From IMG/VR virus record IMGVR_UViG_3300037104_000796, positions 64,001 through 128,000 of that record: DNA of 64,000 nt, one strand, 5' to 3'. Of the stretch, positions 21,097-31,694 are shown in pieces. How positions within the stretch are numbered: position 1 is the stretch's first letter; the number at the start of each line of letters is the position of its first letter. The position numbers and the translations under genes were made by a program. Origin of the DNA: a virus. The notes below the pieces were generated by a model that searched no databases, had not been told where the DNA came from, and saw only the letters and a program-made list of their open reading frames with translations.

Positions 21097-21708
21097 ATGA
21101 TTAATTTTGTATACATTACAACTAATTTAATTAATGGTAAACAATATATTGGTGACCATTCTACTAATAATTTAGAAGATGGATATTTTGGTAGTGGAGA
21201 TTTAATACTTTTAGCAATTAAAAAATACGGAAAAGATAATTTTAAAAAAGAAATCTTGGAAGAATTTAATGCAAAACAAGATGCATTTAATGCTCAAGAA
21301 AAATACATTAATCAATTTAACACATTGGTTCCAAATGGATATAATTTAAGTCCTAAAGGAGGCGCTAATTGTTCTGGAGGCTTAAGTAAAGAAAGTATAG
21401 AAAAATTAAAGAAAACTTTAAGTAATAGTTTAAAAGGAAAACCCCACTCAGATAAATGGAATGAAAATGTAAGTAAATCAAAAAAAGGAAAATCCTTTTC
21501 AAAAGATCATAAACAACACTTAAGCGATTCTCATAAAGGAAAAATTCCATGGATAAAAGATAAGCATCATTCTCAAGAAACAAAAGATAAAATTTCTCAA
21601 AAGGGTATAGGAAGAAAACACTCAGAAGAAACAATTGAAAAATTTAAGAAACGAATTCCTTGGAATAAAGGATTAAAATTAAACAAAGAAAAAAGCCACT
21701 ATTGCTAA
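21097..21708 (+). CDS. GIY-YIG homing endonuclease with NUMOD3 repeats
   Basis: FVYITTNLINGKQYIG, YFGSG, HSEET, PWNKG; close paralogue of 4523..5182. Confidence 0.88.
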   Translation: MINFVYITTNLINGKQYIGDHSTNNLEDGYFGSGDLILLAIKKYGKDNFKKEILEEFNAKQDAFNAQEKYINQFNTLVPNGYNLSPKGGANCSGGLSKESIEKLKKTLSNSLKGKPHSDKWNENVSKSKKGKSFSKDHKQHLSDSHKGKIPWIKDKHHSQETKDKISQKGIGRKHSEETIEKFKKRIPWNKGLKLNKEKSHYC

Positions 21709-21746
21709 TGGCTTTAATTGTTCGAAATTAATTTCTTCCATAATAT

Positions 21747-22025
21747 TTAACTATTTAAAACTTTATTAATCCACGCTTCAGCAATTTGATCACCAAATTG
21801 TAGGTTGCACATATCTTTTATATTATCATAAGGGATAAAAGATCTTTTGTTTTCTATTTCTACTAAAACTCCTAAATAATCTAAGTTGTCACCTAACATT
21901 ACTTGCATAGGAACTTTATCCGAAACTTCTCTATCAACAATAGTTACTTTTGTTCCTCCATTTACATTACGCATTTTGTATAAAGCAATCTGGAGAACAT
22001 TATCGTCAATTTCAAAGGATAACAT
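21747..22025 (-). CDS. Hypothetical protein
   Basis: ORF in operon-like packing. Confidence 0.55.
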   Translation of the reverse strand: MLSFEIDDNVLQIALYKMRNVNGGTKVTIVDREVSDKVPMQVMLGDNLDYLGVLVEIENKRSFIPYDNIKDMCNLQFGDQIAEAWINKVLNS

Positions 22026-22339
22026 TATTGCTTCTTTTTATATTTTTCCATGTCCTTAAACATTGTTCCGCCTTTTTTACATACGAAATATTCATCAACT
22101 ATCCACGAAGAATACCCTGGACCGTTTATTCCATTATCTTTTCGTTTTTCAATGTGATCCTTTGATGTTGATTTACATGAAGGGCATTTAATTTTTGCAA
22201 TTCGATCTTTTTCAGTTTTTCGTTCTGCCTCAACTTCAGCTTTACGTTTCGCCACTGCCTTTTCGTAACCTCCTGTCTGTAAAAAATCTTCTATAGCTTT
22301 AAGATCTACCGCCAATTTTTTAGGATCTGCTTTTTTCAT
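22025..22339 (-). CDS. Hypothetical protein with Zn-ribbon-like motif
   Basis: CPSC...VCKK. Confidence 0.55.
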   Translation of the reverse strand: MKKADPKKLAVDLKAIEDFLQTGGYEKAVAKRKAEVEAERKTEKDRIAKIKCPSCKSTSKDHIEKRKDNGINGPGYSSWIVDEYFVCKKGGTMFKDMEKYKKKQ

Positions 22340-22340
22340 C

Positions 22341-22808
22341 TTAGTATTTTAATATTGAAAATAACTCTTCAGACATTGCGTCTAAAGATTGTAAAACAAT
22401 TTGATCGGGTTTTGCCAATTGAGTTTGAATGATTACATCCTGTTTTATTTCATATGCTGGATCAACACCCACAATCATAGGACGTTGGTTCGAATTTCCC
22501 CACATTCCAAGTTCGTAAAGAACGATAGGATTGAGTGAACCTTGAGCGAACCAAAATAAAACAATATCGGCATCTCTTAAATGATTGAATTCCCAAGTTA
22601 TTTGAGCTTCAGACGCATTTGGATTTTCAATGGGAAAATTCTTTCTACGTGGATTGTAGATTGTAAGATTAGGAATTTCTTTTATATCCTCTATTAACAC
22701 TGATTGCCAATCCGGACAATTTGTAATTCCTCCTCCCAAAAACAATTTAACGTTTTTGTTATTTTCTAATGAATAGATTTCATTAATTGCTTCAATTATT
22801 AGCGCCAT
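22341..22808 (-). CDS. Nucleoside 2-deoxyribosyltransferase-like protein
   Basis: KLFLGGGI..CPDWQ, IYNPRR, QITWE..HL..AD..LFWF, LYELG. Confidence 0.8.
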   Translation of the reverse strand: MALIIEAINEIYSLENNKNVKLFLGGGITNCPDWQSVLIEDIKEIPNLTIYNPRRKNFPIENPNASEAQITWEFNHLRDADIVLFWFAQGSLNPIVLYELGMWGNSNQRPMIVGVDPAYEIKQDVIIQTQLAKPDQIVLQSLDAMSEELFSILKY

Positions 22809-23247
22809 TATTTTTAGTTTTTGATGAAGATAACTTTGGGAATATCTTCTTTTCCTTTTTTTGTTTTAATTTTTTATTACATTTGATTACAGTTCGAGCT
22901 TTTGCCATCAATGTTTCAATAGGTTGTTTTTCATATCCGAATCTTGCATCACCTTCCATTAAAATGTATAAGTCTTCTCCTATTTGATCTGCAATATTCT
23001 TTAGATCATCAAATGCTAGTGTAACATTTAAATCACCATACCAAATTTTGCCTACTGAAGGTGCAATTACATTGGCGTTAAATATGATTAAATCACCTTC
23101 ATGTTCTTTACAATATGTGCTTTTTGAAGCCCCTATCATTCTGCCAAGAGTGAGTCCATTAGTCGCAAATACTACATAATAATGCGGATCGGTTTCGAAT
23201 TCGGATTCTGCTTCTTCGTATGGTGGTATGTATTCTTTTCCGGCCAT
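22792..23247 (-). CDS. Hypothetical protein
   Basis: ORF translationally coupled to gp47. Confidence 0.55.
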   Translation of the reverse strand: MAGKEYIPPYEEAESEFETDPHYYVVFATNGLTLGRMIGASKSTYCKEHEGDLIIFNANVIAPSVGKIWYGDLNVTLAFDDLKNIADQIGEDLYILMEGDARFGYEKQPIETLMAKARTVIKCNKKLKQKKEKKIFPKLSSSKTKNNGANN

Positions 23248-24359
23248 TAGTCTATGTCCTCCTTAGATGCTTTTTCATAATATCTTCTGTTCATTAATTT
23301 CAATTTCACTATAATTTCTATTTGATGCCCGAGATCATCTATACTCATTTCTAAAAGTGTTAAAATATCTCGAATATCAACTCCATCTAAGATGTTCGTT
23401 AAATCATCATCTATTTTCTTTCTTTCATTTGCAGTTTCAATCTTTTTGTATTTGCAGTCCTTTAGTATATCTATAAATTTTGTAAGATTAAATAAGTGCA
23501 CATATTTATCAGGAACAATAATATCAGTATAATTGTTCTCTAATAATTTTATGGTTTCTCTTAAAGAAAGTTCTAAGATTGCGTCTAAAGTTACTCTTTG
23601 AAAAGCAGGTGAGAAATTGTTAATTTTAAAATCATATGAATCAATAGATGGGTCAAATATGTATACACCCTTTTCATTTCCAATATCACTTCTTTTTGTA
23701 TGATATGGAGAACCTATGTAGATAAAATTTCCTATTTCCTGTCTTTTATGAATGTGTCCTGAGAATAACTTTTTGATACTTCTGAATTTTAAAAAGTTTG
23801 TTCCTGAAGTTCTAATTTCACGCCCGTTATCATATTTAAATCCATTAATATCTGAGTGCGTAAATACATAATCAAACTTATTAGTACGAACATAATTTTC
23901 TTCTGTTTCTCTATTTCCAATCCAAGGAAGAATAAGTATTTTTGAATCACCATTTGTAAGAATCAAAGGCTTTTCATATACAAACACATTAGGAATGTAT
24001 TTAAATGCTACAATTGAGTTAACATCAGTATCATACTTTTTATATATGTCGTGATTTCCTGTTAGAAAATGCACAGGAAGAATTTCTGAAAGTTCAAGAA
24101 CAATGTCTATCGAGCTATTCATAACATAAATATCTAGCAATTGTCTATTGTCAAACCAGTCTCCAAGAATAAAAAGTATATCTCCGTTTCTAACGTGTTT
24201 TTTAAGATATGGAATGTAAAACTTTCTAAAAAATTGTACTTGATTTTGAAGCCATTCAAGAGCATTTGCTCTTACTCCAAAGTGTAAATCTGATAATAAA
24301 AATATGCGTTTATATTGTATGTCTTGAGTTTCAACTTTGTATTGTTTTAAGTCGGGCAT
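23247..24359 (-). CDS. gp47: Recombination nuclease, Mre11/SbcD-like
   Basis: SDLHFG, LGDWFD, GNHD, SGHIH, YIGSP. Confidence 0.92.
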   Translation of the reverse strand: MPDLKQYKVETQDIQYKRIFLLSDLHFGVRANALEWLQNQVQFFRKFYIPYLKKHVRNGDILFILGDWFDNRQLLDIYVMNSSIDIVLELSEILPVHFLTGNHDIYKKYDTDVNSIVAFKYIPNVFVYEKPLILTNGDSKILILPWIGNRETEENYVRTNKFDYVFTHSDINGFKYDNGREIRTSGTNFLKFRSIKKLFSGHIHKRQEIGNFIYIGSPYHTKRSDIGNEKGVYIFDPSIDSYDFKINNFSPAFQRVTLDAILELSLRETIKLLENNYTDIIVPDKYVHLFNLTKFIDILKDCKYKKIETANERKKIDDDLTNILDGVDIRDILTLLEMSIDDLGHQIEIIVKLKLMNRRYYEKASKEDID

Positions 24360-24379
24360 ATTAGTTTTGTTATTTTATG

Positions 24380-24856
24380 CTAAAACAGTCTCTTTGTTTT
24401 TATTCGTTTTGACAATCCGTATTTTTGGTTTAATTCTCTTAGTAAACCTTCTTTGTCCAAAACTCCAACTTCTGAATATAGCTGGTCATAATTAACTTGG
24501 AAAAATTCAGCAAACGCTATAAATATTTCCATGTTTGTATACTTTTTTTGTTCTAATAATTTTTGTTTGAAATAATAATACATTTTGATACGATCATTCC
24601 CATCTGCTCTTTTTGGCTTCTTATATTTTTCAAAATAAGGTGAAGCTTCAAAGATTGCATACATTTCGTCATCTAACATTTTTAACGTTCGATTTTCGAT
24701 AATGTTTTCTCCTAATTGGTCTTCATATAAAGCTAAGACACTATCATGAACTTTCATTACGCCACCAAAGTCTTCGTATGTTTGTTCACCTTGATTGTAA
24801 GAATTGTTAATGATCTTATCTTCTTTATGTTCAGCCGGGTCTTTTTTAAAATTCAT
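24380..24856 (-). CDS. Hypothetical protein
   Basis: ORF between gp41 and gp47. Confidence 0.55.
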   Translation of the reverse strand: MNFKKDPAEHKEDKIINNSYNQGEQTYEDFGGVMKVHDSVLALYEDQLGENIIENRTLKMLDDEMYAIFEASPYFEKYKKPKRADGNDRIKMYYYFKQKLLEQKKYTNMEIFIAFAEFFQVNYDQLYSEVGVLDKEGLLRELNQKYGLSKRIKTKRLF

Positions 24857-24868
24857 TTTTTAAGTTAT

Positions 24869-26362
24869 TTAAAATAAGTTATTTCCTGTTATATTTGTGA
24901 ATTCTGTAGTTAAATTTAAATCTCTTTCTTCCCCAAGTGGTTGTTCCAATATGGAAGTGTTTTTATTAATTGCTGTATGTATATCTATAGTAGTTGATTT
25001 TCCGAACTGTCCTCTTGGATTTTTATGTCCTGCCATTATTTGATTGATGAAGAATTCCATGTCCTGAATAGGTGAATTTCGATCTTCTTCAATTCTTGCA
25101 TATTTCCAATCTATTGTATATCGTTTTCGAGTATTTTCATATCCTGCAACTCTATTGGCCAAACACTTTAAGTAATATTCGCCTCTTGCTTTCATTTCAG
25201 CATTTGTTACAATACCGAATAAAATATCAACAGTATGTAATAAACCAGCAGATTCTGCAATTGAACCAAGTCCTAAGTCATTAGCTTCCCATCCACTTCT
25301 ATTCGTTTGTGTTACTGAAATAATAGCCCAGTTATTTTGCTGACCCATTGCTCTAATATCCTCAGAAATTTGTTTGATTTTTATGTAAGTGTTTTCACTA
25401 TTAGGATTTCTCCAATTCTTCATAATGTTGATATAATCGATAAAGATGTTATCGAATTTATATCCTAAAATTTCCTGTGCTTTTAACAAATAAGCTGTCA
25501 TATCATTTGCAGATGCAGTTGAAGAAGGAAATTCTTTAACATGTAATTCACCTAAAGGCTTTAAAGCATGTTGTCTTAAATGCGTAAGTTTTTGTTTAAC
25601 TAAAGGTTGATCTTTAACAAATTCATCATATTCATCTAATGGAACATTTAACATATTTGCTCCAATTCTCATATTCACAAGTTCTTCTTGCAATTCTAAT
25701 GTGATATAAGCTGTGTTATGTCCTTGCATTACCGATTTTGCTGCCATATTACACATCCACATTGATTTACCAGATTTTGGCATACCAAAGAGAACCATAA
25801 GTGATCCTTTCCAATAACCACCTTTAGTACACAAGTCAATATATTCATAACCTGTAGATGTACGAGCTAATCTCGTTTGTAAGTGAGAAGTGGGATCGAA
25901 GAAATTCTTTCCTAAATCAAAAGTAAAATCAACAACTGTTTCGCTAGATAACATATGCCTTACTTTTTCAACTACTTCACTGGCATTTTCGGCACTTACT
26001 TTTGTAGTTTTCATATAGGCGATCGCTTTTCGCATAACCATATCCAAGTTTCGAACTTGAATCCACGGGCCTACATTATTATCTAACCATTCATTACCAT
26101 ATTGCGTTAGAAGTTGTTTCGAATTATAAAGACCATCAACCATATCAATGTTAAACTTTTCACTTAATCCTTTCATTTGAATTAACTGAATCATTTGATC
26201 TTTTGAAGGAGGCTCTTTATATTGTAGAGAATACTCTTTAGCTATCTCGAATATTTCTCTAATGTTCTGATTTGTGAAAAAATCAGGTTTTGCAGTATTG
26301 AGAAATATTGCGTTGTCTAAGATGTAATGATAGAAGATTTGTTCCTGATACGCCGATATCAT
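24869..26362 (-). CDS. gp41: Replicative DnaB-like helicase
   Basis: GMPKSGKS, YITLE, VKEFP, IDYINI, TQTNR, AESAG. Confidence 0.92.
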   Translation of the reverse strand: MISAYQEQIFYHYILDNAIFLNTAKPDFFTNQNIREIFEIAKEYSLQYKEPPSKDQMIQLIQMKGLSEKFNIDMVDGLYNSKQLLTQYGNEWLDNNVGPWIQVRNLDMVMRKAIAYMKTTKVSAENASEVVEKVRHMLSSETVVDFTFDLGKNFFDPTSHLQTRLARTSTGYEYIDLCTKGGYWKGSLMVLFGMPKSGKSMWMCNMAAKSVMQGHNTAYITLELQEELVNMRIGANMLNVPLDEYDEFVKDQPLVKQKLTHLRQHALKPLGELHVKEFPSSTASANDMTAYLLKAQEILGYKFDNIFIDYINIMKNWRNPNSENTYIKIKQISEDIRAMGQQNNWAIISVTQTNRSGWEANDLGLGSIAESAGLLHTVDILFGIVTNAEMKARGEYYLKCLANRVAGYENTRKRYTIDWKYARIEEDRNSPIQDMEFFINQIMAGHKNPRGQFGKSTTIDIHTAINKNTSILEQPLGEERDLNLTTEFTNITGNNLF

Positions 26363-26445
26363 ATGAATATATATTATATTAGTTTACTTTTATATGATGA
26401 AAAAAATAAATAGATTTCGAATGAACTTTAAAAAACTGTTAAATT

Positions 26446-27345
26446 ATGAAATGCCAAGAATGTAATAAAGAAGTAAAAAATTTAAAAGCTTTATCCACCC
26501 ATATTCAATTTAAACACGGAAATAATAAAAAGGAATATTATGACAAATGGTTAAAAACGAGTAAAGAAGGATTTTGCAAAATGTGTGGAAAACCAACCGA
26601 ATTTTATATTCTAAATTATGGATATAAAGTATATTGTTCTAATAAATGTATGAGCGACGATTATGTTAAAGAAAAAACTCTGCATAATCCGATGCATACT
26701 AATTCTGCTAAATTAAATCAACGAAATACAAATTTAAAACGATATAATGTAACACAAAATACAAAACGACCTGAAATTAAGCAGCAAATAATTGATACAA
26801 ATAAAAAATTATATGGTGTTAACAATGTTTCTCAAGATCCAACTATAAAAGCAAAAGCTTTAAAATCAAGAGAGGATACGAATATGAAAAATCATGGTGT
26901 TAAAAGTAGTTTTTCTGTTCCGTACGTTCGAACTAAAATTAAAAGAGCACTTATGTTAAATCATGGAGTTGAAAATCCTATGCAAAATCAAGAAATATTT
27001 AACAAATCGCAAAAAACTCGTTTTCTTTTACATAAATTTAAAAATAAAGATTTATATTATCAAGGTTCATATGAATTACATTTTTTAGAAACATTTTTTG
27101 ATAAATTTCCAGATATTACTAGAGGCCCTTCTATTAAATATGTGTTTAATAATAAAATTAAAATACATCATCCAGATTTTTATATTCCAAGTTTAAATTT
27201 GATTATTGAAATTAAAAATTCATATTTATATAAAAAATATTATGATTCTATTAAAGCTAAAGAAAAAGGCGCTCTAAAAGTCGGATATAAATACATAATT
27301 ATTGTAGAAAAAAATTATGATAAATTTTTAGATTCAATTAATTGA
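26446..27345 (+). CDS. Homing endonuclease-like protein, PD-(D/E)xK domain with Zn fingers
   Basis: CQEC...H, YGV.N repeats, QGSYE...HHPDFYIPSLNLIIEIK. Confidence 0.8.
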   Translation: MKCQECNKEVKNLKALSTHIQFKHGNNKKEYYDKWLKTSKEGFCKMCGKPTEFYILNYGYKVYCSNKCMSDDYVKEKTLHNPMHTNSAKLNQRNTNLKRYNVTQNTKRPEIKQQIIDTNKKLYGVNNVSQDPTIKAKALKSREDTNMKNHGVKSSFSVPYVRTKIKRALMLNHGVENPMQNQEIFNKSQKTRFLLHKFKNKDLYYQGSYELHFLETFFDKFPDITRGPSIKYVFNNKIKIHHPDFYIPSLNLIIEIKNSYLYKKYYDSIKAKEKGALKVGYKYIIIVEKNYDKFLDSIN

Positions 27346-27575
27346 GTTAATGCTTTTTCTAATAGTATTGCTTTTCTGCCCTGTTTCCACGCTATATTAA
27401 TAATCATATCAATATCTACATCACCATTATTAAATTGTTTCCTGATATGTTCTTTCCAATGTTCACCGAATTGTGCAGTAACAAATGGTTTCTCGGCTTT
27501 TTTATCTATTTCTTCAATAAGTTCTTCAGTATTCATTTTTATAAGTGTTTTATTTGTTATATTCATTTTTCCCAT
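27315..27575 (-). CDS. Hypothetical protein
   Basis: ORF; start uncertain. Confidence 0.45.
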   Translation of the reverse strand: MGKMNITNKTLIKMNTEELIEEIDKKAEKPFVTAQFGEHWKEHIRKQFNNGDVDIDMIINIAWKQGRKAILLEKALTQLIESKNLS

Positions 27576-27838
27576 AAATGTTTACTTACTTTGTAACTCG
27601 AATATTTTCCTTTTTCTAAATATCCTAACTTAACCAATTCGTCAAGATCATCAGATAAAAAAGATGATAGTCTTACACGAGTTTTCATAAAAGCTTCATG
27701 TGTTTTGAATTCATCGTCATATCTTCTTTCAGAATCTAAAAAGGAAACGATTTCAAATAAGAGGTCTATAAGTGTTGGATTTTCAATTATCCCAATAAGA
27801 TTTTTGATTTTTACAACATTGTGATTTACGGGCTTCAT
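27563..27838 (-). CDS. Hypothetical protein, possible winged helix
   Basis: LDELVKLGYLEK..YKV; preceded by the AAAACT promoter motif. Confidence 0.5.
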   Translation of the reverse strand: MKPVNHNVVKIKNLIGIIENPTLIDLLFEIVSFLDSERRYDDEFKTHEAFMKTRVRLSSFLSDDLDELVKLGYLEKGKYSSYKVSKHLWEK

Positions 27839-27916
27839 GTTTAAGTGGTTTAGATTTATAATGAAAAAAAGGTCTATAGTTTTGCTACAGACCTTTAATA
27901 AAATGTTAAAAAATGA

Positions 27917-29275
27917 TTATATCTCGTAGGGAGTAGGTTCTTCACTAAATTCTCCAAAATCTTCAACACCATTATCATCACCAATGTTAATATCTCCCAT
28001 TTCAGCGTCATCCATAAGATCACCTGTAACTTCAGCTAAATCTTCAAGAGATTCGATACTTGGAAGCATAAAAGTCTTCTTGATAATATTATCATCTAAC
28101 AAATGAAGAACTTCTTCAGTAAATACTTTTGGTGTATATAGTTCAGCTATAGGAACTTCTCCGTGTAAATGTTCACAAACTAATTTACGAGCAGTATCTT
28201 TAGATTGAGCATATCGAGTTCCATCATCTCCAATTTTTAATCCTTCTTGGGGAATTAAAAAATCACGGCATTTCTTTTGTTCTGCCGCAGGAAGTTTATT
28301 GAATTCTTTTGGAGTTATCATATTTCCTCTTACTATTCCGCATGTGTCCCAATTTACGAATTTTTCAAGTCCTACGTAAGGATTTGGTTTTTTGTAGAAT
28401 GGAATATGAATTTGAACTTTAATAGGACGTGCAAATCTTTGTTTGAAAGGATGAACTGTAACAACAATACCAACTTTAGTGTATTTGTCAAGTCCTTGAT
28501 TTTTTACATGTTCTTCTGAATCTTTATCAGAAAGTTTGGATTTTGAAAGAACAAAAATAATTGATGAATTGTATTTTGTACCACCTCCACCAGAAATTTC
28601 ATCGCCAGGTCTAAATCCGCCAATAGCTGCATATACGTGATTGCATATAATAAATGGAATGCCATTCTTAGCAAAATCAGTTCCGATAACTCTAAACATT
28701 CTACGAATAGATTGTTGTTTAGTCATATCACGCTTTCCAGAACCTGCCGTTGTGTCTTCTTTTTCTTTCGTTGAAGATAAATTTCCAAGAGAATCAAGAA
28801 CTACCATAATTTTTGGAGGAGTTTTTCCCTGTCCTCTTATAGTTGCAATTGTTTCATTTAACTTAGCAGCTAAAGTAGCAAATTCTTCAATTGTGTTAAC
28901 ATTTTCAATACGAAATTTTGTGGTGTCAATTCCAAGACGTTTAACAAAGTCAACGTCAATTGAACCTTCTGAATCATAATAGATCGGAAAATAATCCATT
29001 GCTTGCGCACTTCTAACAATAGAACACGCAAGATATGTTTTTCCTGTTCCTTCTTGTCCTGCAAACATTAATGATCTTCGATTCGGCATACCACCAAATA
29101 ATGATCCGCTTAGTGCAGCGTTAAGAATGTACGAACCTGTGGGAATCCACTCATCGATTTTTGCATAAATACTATCCTCTATGATTGCTCCGTCTGGGGA
29201 GAATTTGCTCAACATATCATTGAGTTCACTGAATGAGGATTTTTGAGACTTTTCTGTAGATACTCGTTTGGCCAT
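27917..29275 (-). CDS. uvsX: RecA-like recombinase
   Basis: TGSYILNAALSG, GQEGTGKT, YDSEG, LDSLGNL, NHVY, SGGGG. Confidence 0.93.
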   Translation of the reverse strand: MAKRVSTEKSQKSSFSELNDMLSKFSPDGAIIEDSIYAKIDEWIPTGSYILNAALSGSLFGGMPNRRSLMFAGQEGTGKTYLACSIVRSAQAMDYFPIYYDSEGSIDVDFVKRLGIDTTKFRIENVNTIEEFATLAAKLNETIATIRGQGKTPPKIMVVLDSLGNLSSTKEKEDTTAGSGKRDMTKQQSIRRMFRVIGTDFAKNGIPFIICNHVYAAIGGFRPGDEISGGGGTKYNSSIIFVLSKSKLSDKDSEEHVKNQGLDKYTKVGIVVTVHPFKQRFARPIKVQIHIPFYKKPNPYVGLEKFVNWDTCGIVRGNMITPKEFNKLPAAEQKKCRDFLIPQEGLKIGDDGTRYAQSKDTARKLVCEHLHGEVPIAELYTPKVFTEEVLHLLDDNIIKKTFMLPSIESLEDLAEVTGDLMDDAEMGDINIGDDNGVEDFGEFSEEPTPYEI

Positions 29276-29349
29276 AATTTAATATTTTCTTTATTATTCT
29301 ATTAAATTATAGCCAAAAAGTTTTAACAATGTGTATAATAATTTGACAA

Positions 29350-30225
29350 TTATGCCATACCTGTATTCTTTAATTTTTGTGCCATTTTGTAAGGTTGATC
29401 TTGACTATAATCAGTTTTGATAGCATCGTAAGCTTGTACAAGTTGTTGTAATCCTGAAATATTTATGCCAGCAACTAATTTTTTTCCAATTTCTTCTTTA
29501 CTAATATTGAATGAATATCCTCTTTTTATATCTGCGATAACATTTTCTAATGCTTTATCAAGAGTAGCACCCATTTGTGTTTTTATTTTATCAATTTCTA
29601 TTACAAGTTTTTTATCTAATACAGGTTTTTTCAAATCGCCATATTTTTTAGCTCTTGCTTTTTGTGCAACTGAAGGAATTGGATCACCCCATTGTGGTTT
29701 GTTTGTTTGTAACGGGTCTACTTTTTGTCTTTCTGTACCTCTTTGTAATGATAATTCCTGACGTTCTGCATCTTTTGAAATAGCTTCGACCGTTAAATCT
29801 TCAAAATCTTGATTCTGCATCATTTTATCGATAATATCAATGATTTGATTCATATCGAAAAAATCATTAGTAACTGATCTACGTCTTCTTCTCCCTGCAT
29901 AAAATTGTTCACCTTTAGCTTCAAATTTTCCTTTTCCGGGTGTAACTTCAAAAATACGAAATTTATTTCTTTTATCGTCATGAGGCGCAATCATAAAAAT
30001 TGGTTCGCCATCTTTTTTTCCAATAACAGCTATATTAGTTGCATCTTTTAAAGCTTTCTTTATCGTGTTAGGATCGAATTTCTTTAATGGGGTGATTGTA
30101 CTATTTTCTCCGGCATAATCATAACCATATCCATGTCCTTTGCCATAGCGATATGCTAAATATGTAATCCAGTGTTTTGGCAAACCCTTAAATACCGTGG
30201 CTTCATTAATATTTTGAATATTCAT
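29350..30225 (-). CDS. Basic hypothetical protein with I-N-E leader, possibly virion-internal
   Basis: MNIQNINE start; co-oriented with two tag-bearing genes. Confidence 0.55.
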   Translation of the reverse strand: MNIQNINEATVFKGLPKHWITYLAYRYGKGHGYGYDYAGENSTITPLKKFDPNTIKKALKDATNIAVIGKKDGEPIFMIAPHDDKRNKFRIFEVTPGKGKFEAKGEQFYAGRRRRRSVTNDFFDMNQIIDIIDKMMQNQDFEDLTVEAISKDAERQELSLQRGTERQKVDPLQTNKPQWGDPIPSVAQKARAKKYGDLKKPVLDKKLVIEIDKIKTQMGATLDKALENVIADIKRGYSFNISKEEIGKKLVAGINISGLQQLVQAYDAIKTDYSQDQPYKMAQKLKNTGMA

Positions 30226-30234
30226 TTATATGAA

Positions 30235-30924
30235 TTATTTTACGAATTGACGAAATGGAAATTTAACATAATATGTGCCATAGTTTTTGTATAAACTTAC
30301 ACCATTATTTCTTGCAGTTGTTGCTATTCTTGACATTGTACTACCCAAATATCTTTTATTATAGCCGGTAACATTCTCGGGTCCTCCTGAAGTATAGCCA
30401 CTATAACTTGCTCCTTCAACATGAGGAATATCAACGAATAAACCTTCATTACTCTCATAAGGATATGGCGACATAGTACTTATACGTACATCCATTCCAA
30501 AAACTCTTTTCATATGTTTAACAAACTTTTCTGCGAAAGGCATTACAATTGCTCTTTTTCTATCGAGTTCGGCTTCGTATTTTGCTTTATCATCAGCAAC
30601 TTTTTCTTTTTTAACGCTGCCGGCTTCTTCATGTCCTAACGATACTGCTTTTTCAAGAAATATCTGAGCAACTCTTGAATCTTTACCTGCAATTTGTGCA
30701 GCAGCTAAATAACGACGATAGGCTTTTTCTTTATCTTTGATTAACTTACACATCGTTTCAGCTAGATCAGTAGCAGAAACATGTCTTTTCTGTTGAGCTT
30801 TTGTAAAAATATCATTAACTCTTTGGATATCTTTAGCATCAGGTTTTTGTCCAATACCTAAATCATGAATAGGATCTGAATCTTCTACAAATTTTTCATA
30901 CAATTGTTCTCTTACTAATTTCAC
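30235..30924 (-). CDS. Tag-bearing protein (cargo family B)
   Basis: MKLVREQLYEKFVEDSDPIHDLGIG; GTG start. Confidence 0.8.
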   Translation of the reverse strand: MKLVREQLYEKFVEDSDPIHDLGIGQKPDAKDIQRVNDIFTKAQQKRHVSATDLAETMCKLIKDKEKAYRRYLAAAQIAGKDSRVAQIFLEKAVSLGHEEAGSVKKEKVADDKAKYEAELDRKRAIVMPFAEKFVKHMKRVFGMDVRISTMSPYPYESNEGLFVDIPHVEGASYSGYTSGGPENVTGYNKRYLGSTMSRIATTARNNGVSLYKNYGTYYVKFPFRQFVK

Positions 30925-30933
30925 AATCTTGAA

Positions 30934-31278
30934 TTATTTTATACCAGCAAGTTCGCCAGCTCTTTTAAGAAATACTCTTGTTACGTCCCAATGCTCGCCT
31001 CCAATCTTGGCAGCTGCAACATAACGTCTATATGCTTTTTTAGGGTCTTGAATTAATTTGCCCATGGTGGTTGCTAGTGAAATTTCTTTTTTAGAATTTC
31101 CTCCGGCTTTTGAAACAATAGCTTCGACACGCATTCTATCTTTTGGTTCAGGACTGACCCATCGATATTTTTTTTGTAATTCGTCTCTGTATTTTGGTAA
31201 TAGGCCGATGCCTAAATCCATGATAGGATCACTTTCTTCTGAAAACTTTTCGTATAACGATTCTTTTACAAGTTTCAC
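30934..31278 (-). CDS. Tag-bearing protein (cargo family B)
   Basis: MKLVKESLYEKFSEESDPIMDLGIG; shares LA.TM.KLI.D..KAYRRY.AA with 30235..30924. Confidence 0.8.
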   Translation of the reverse strand: MKLVKESLYEKFSEESDPIMDLGIGLLPKYRDELQKKYRWVSPEPKDRMRVEAIVSKAGGNSKKEISLATTMGKLIQDPKKAYRRYVAAAKIGGEHWDVTRVFLKRAGELAGIK

Positions 31279-31288
31279 TTCATTGACA

Positions 31289-31693
31289 TTATTTTAGATT
31301 GACTAATAGTCGCTTTAATCTCCAAAAGATTCGCTTTTCAGCGTCTTCTTTTGTTAAAAATCCAGCCCAATCTATTTCGTCTTTTTGTAACTTGTCTTTG
31401 TCAATTTGTATTTGCTCGTTTAAAATTATGATATAAAAATAAACTTTTTTGTATATGTTGCCTTTTGGATCTGTATAACTTATATATCCTTCTGTAGTAG
31501 GATCAATTTGGTCAGCAGAAAATTCGATTCCTATTTCTTCTTTTGTTTCTCTTAAAGCTGCGGTAATTTTGTCTTCACCTTCTTCGATGTGGCCTTTTGG
31601 AATACTGTACGTATCATACCACTTTTGTCCTTTAGGATGTTCTAAAAGAATTTTATTGTCATAGATAATGACTAAACCTGCAGACTCAACCAT
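31289..31693 (-). CDS. NUDIX hydrolase
   Basis: PKGHIEEGEDKITAALRETKEEIG Nudix box; ATG at 31693 (MVESAG) avoids overlap with the upstream gene. Confidence 0.9.
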   Translation of the reverse strand: MVESAGLVIIYDNKILLEHPKGQKWYDTYSIPKGHIEEGEDKITAALRETKEEIGIEFSADQIDPTTEGYISYTDPKGNIYKKVYFYIIILNEQIQIDKDKLQKDEIDWAGFLTKEDAEKRIFWRLKRLLVNLK

Positions 31694-31694
31694 G

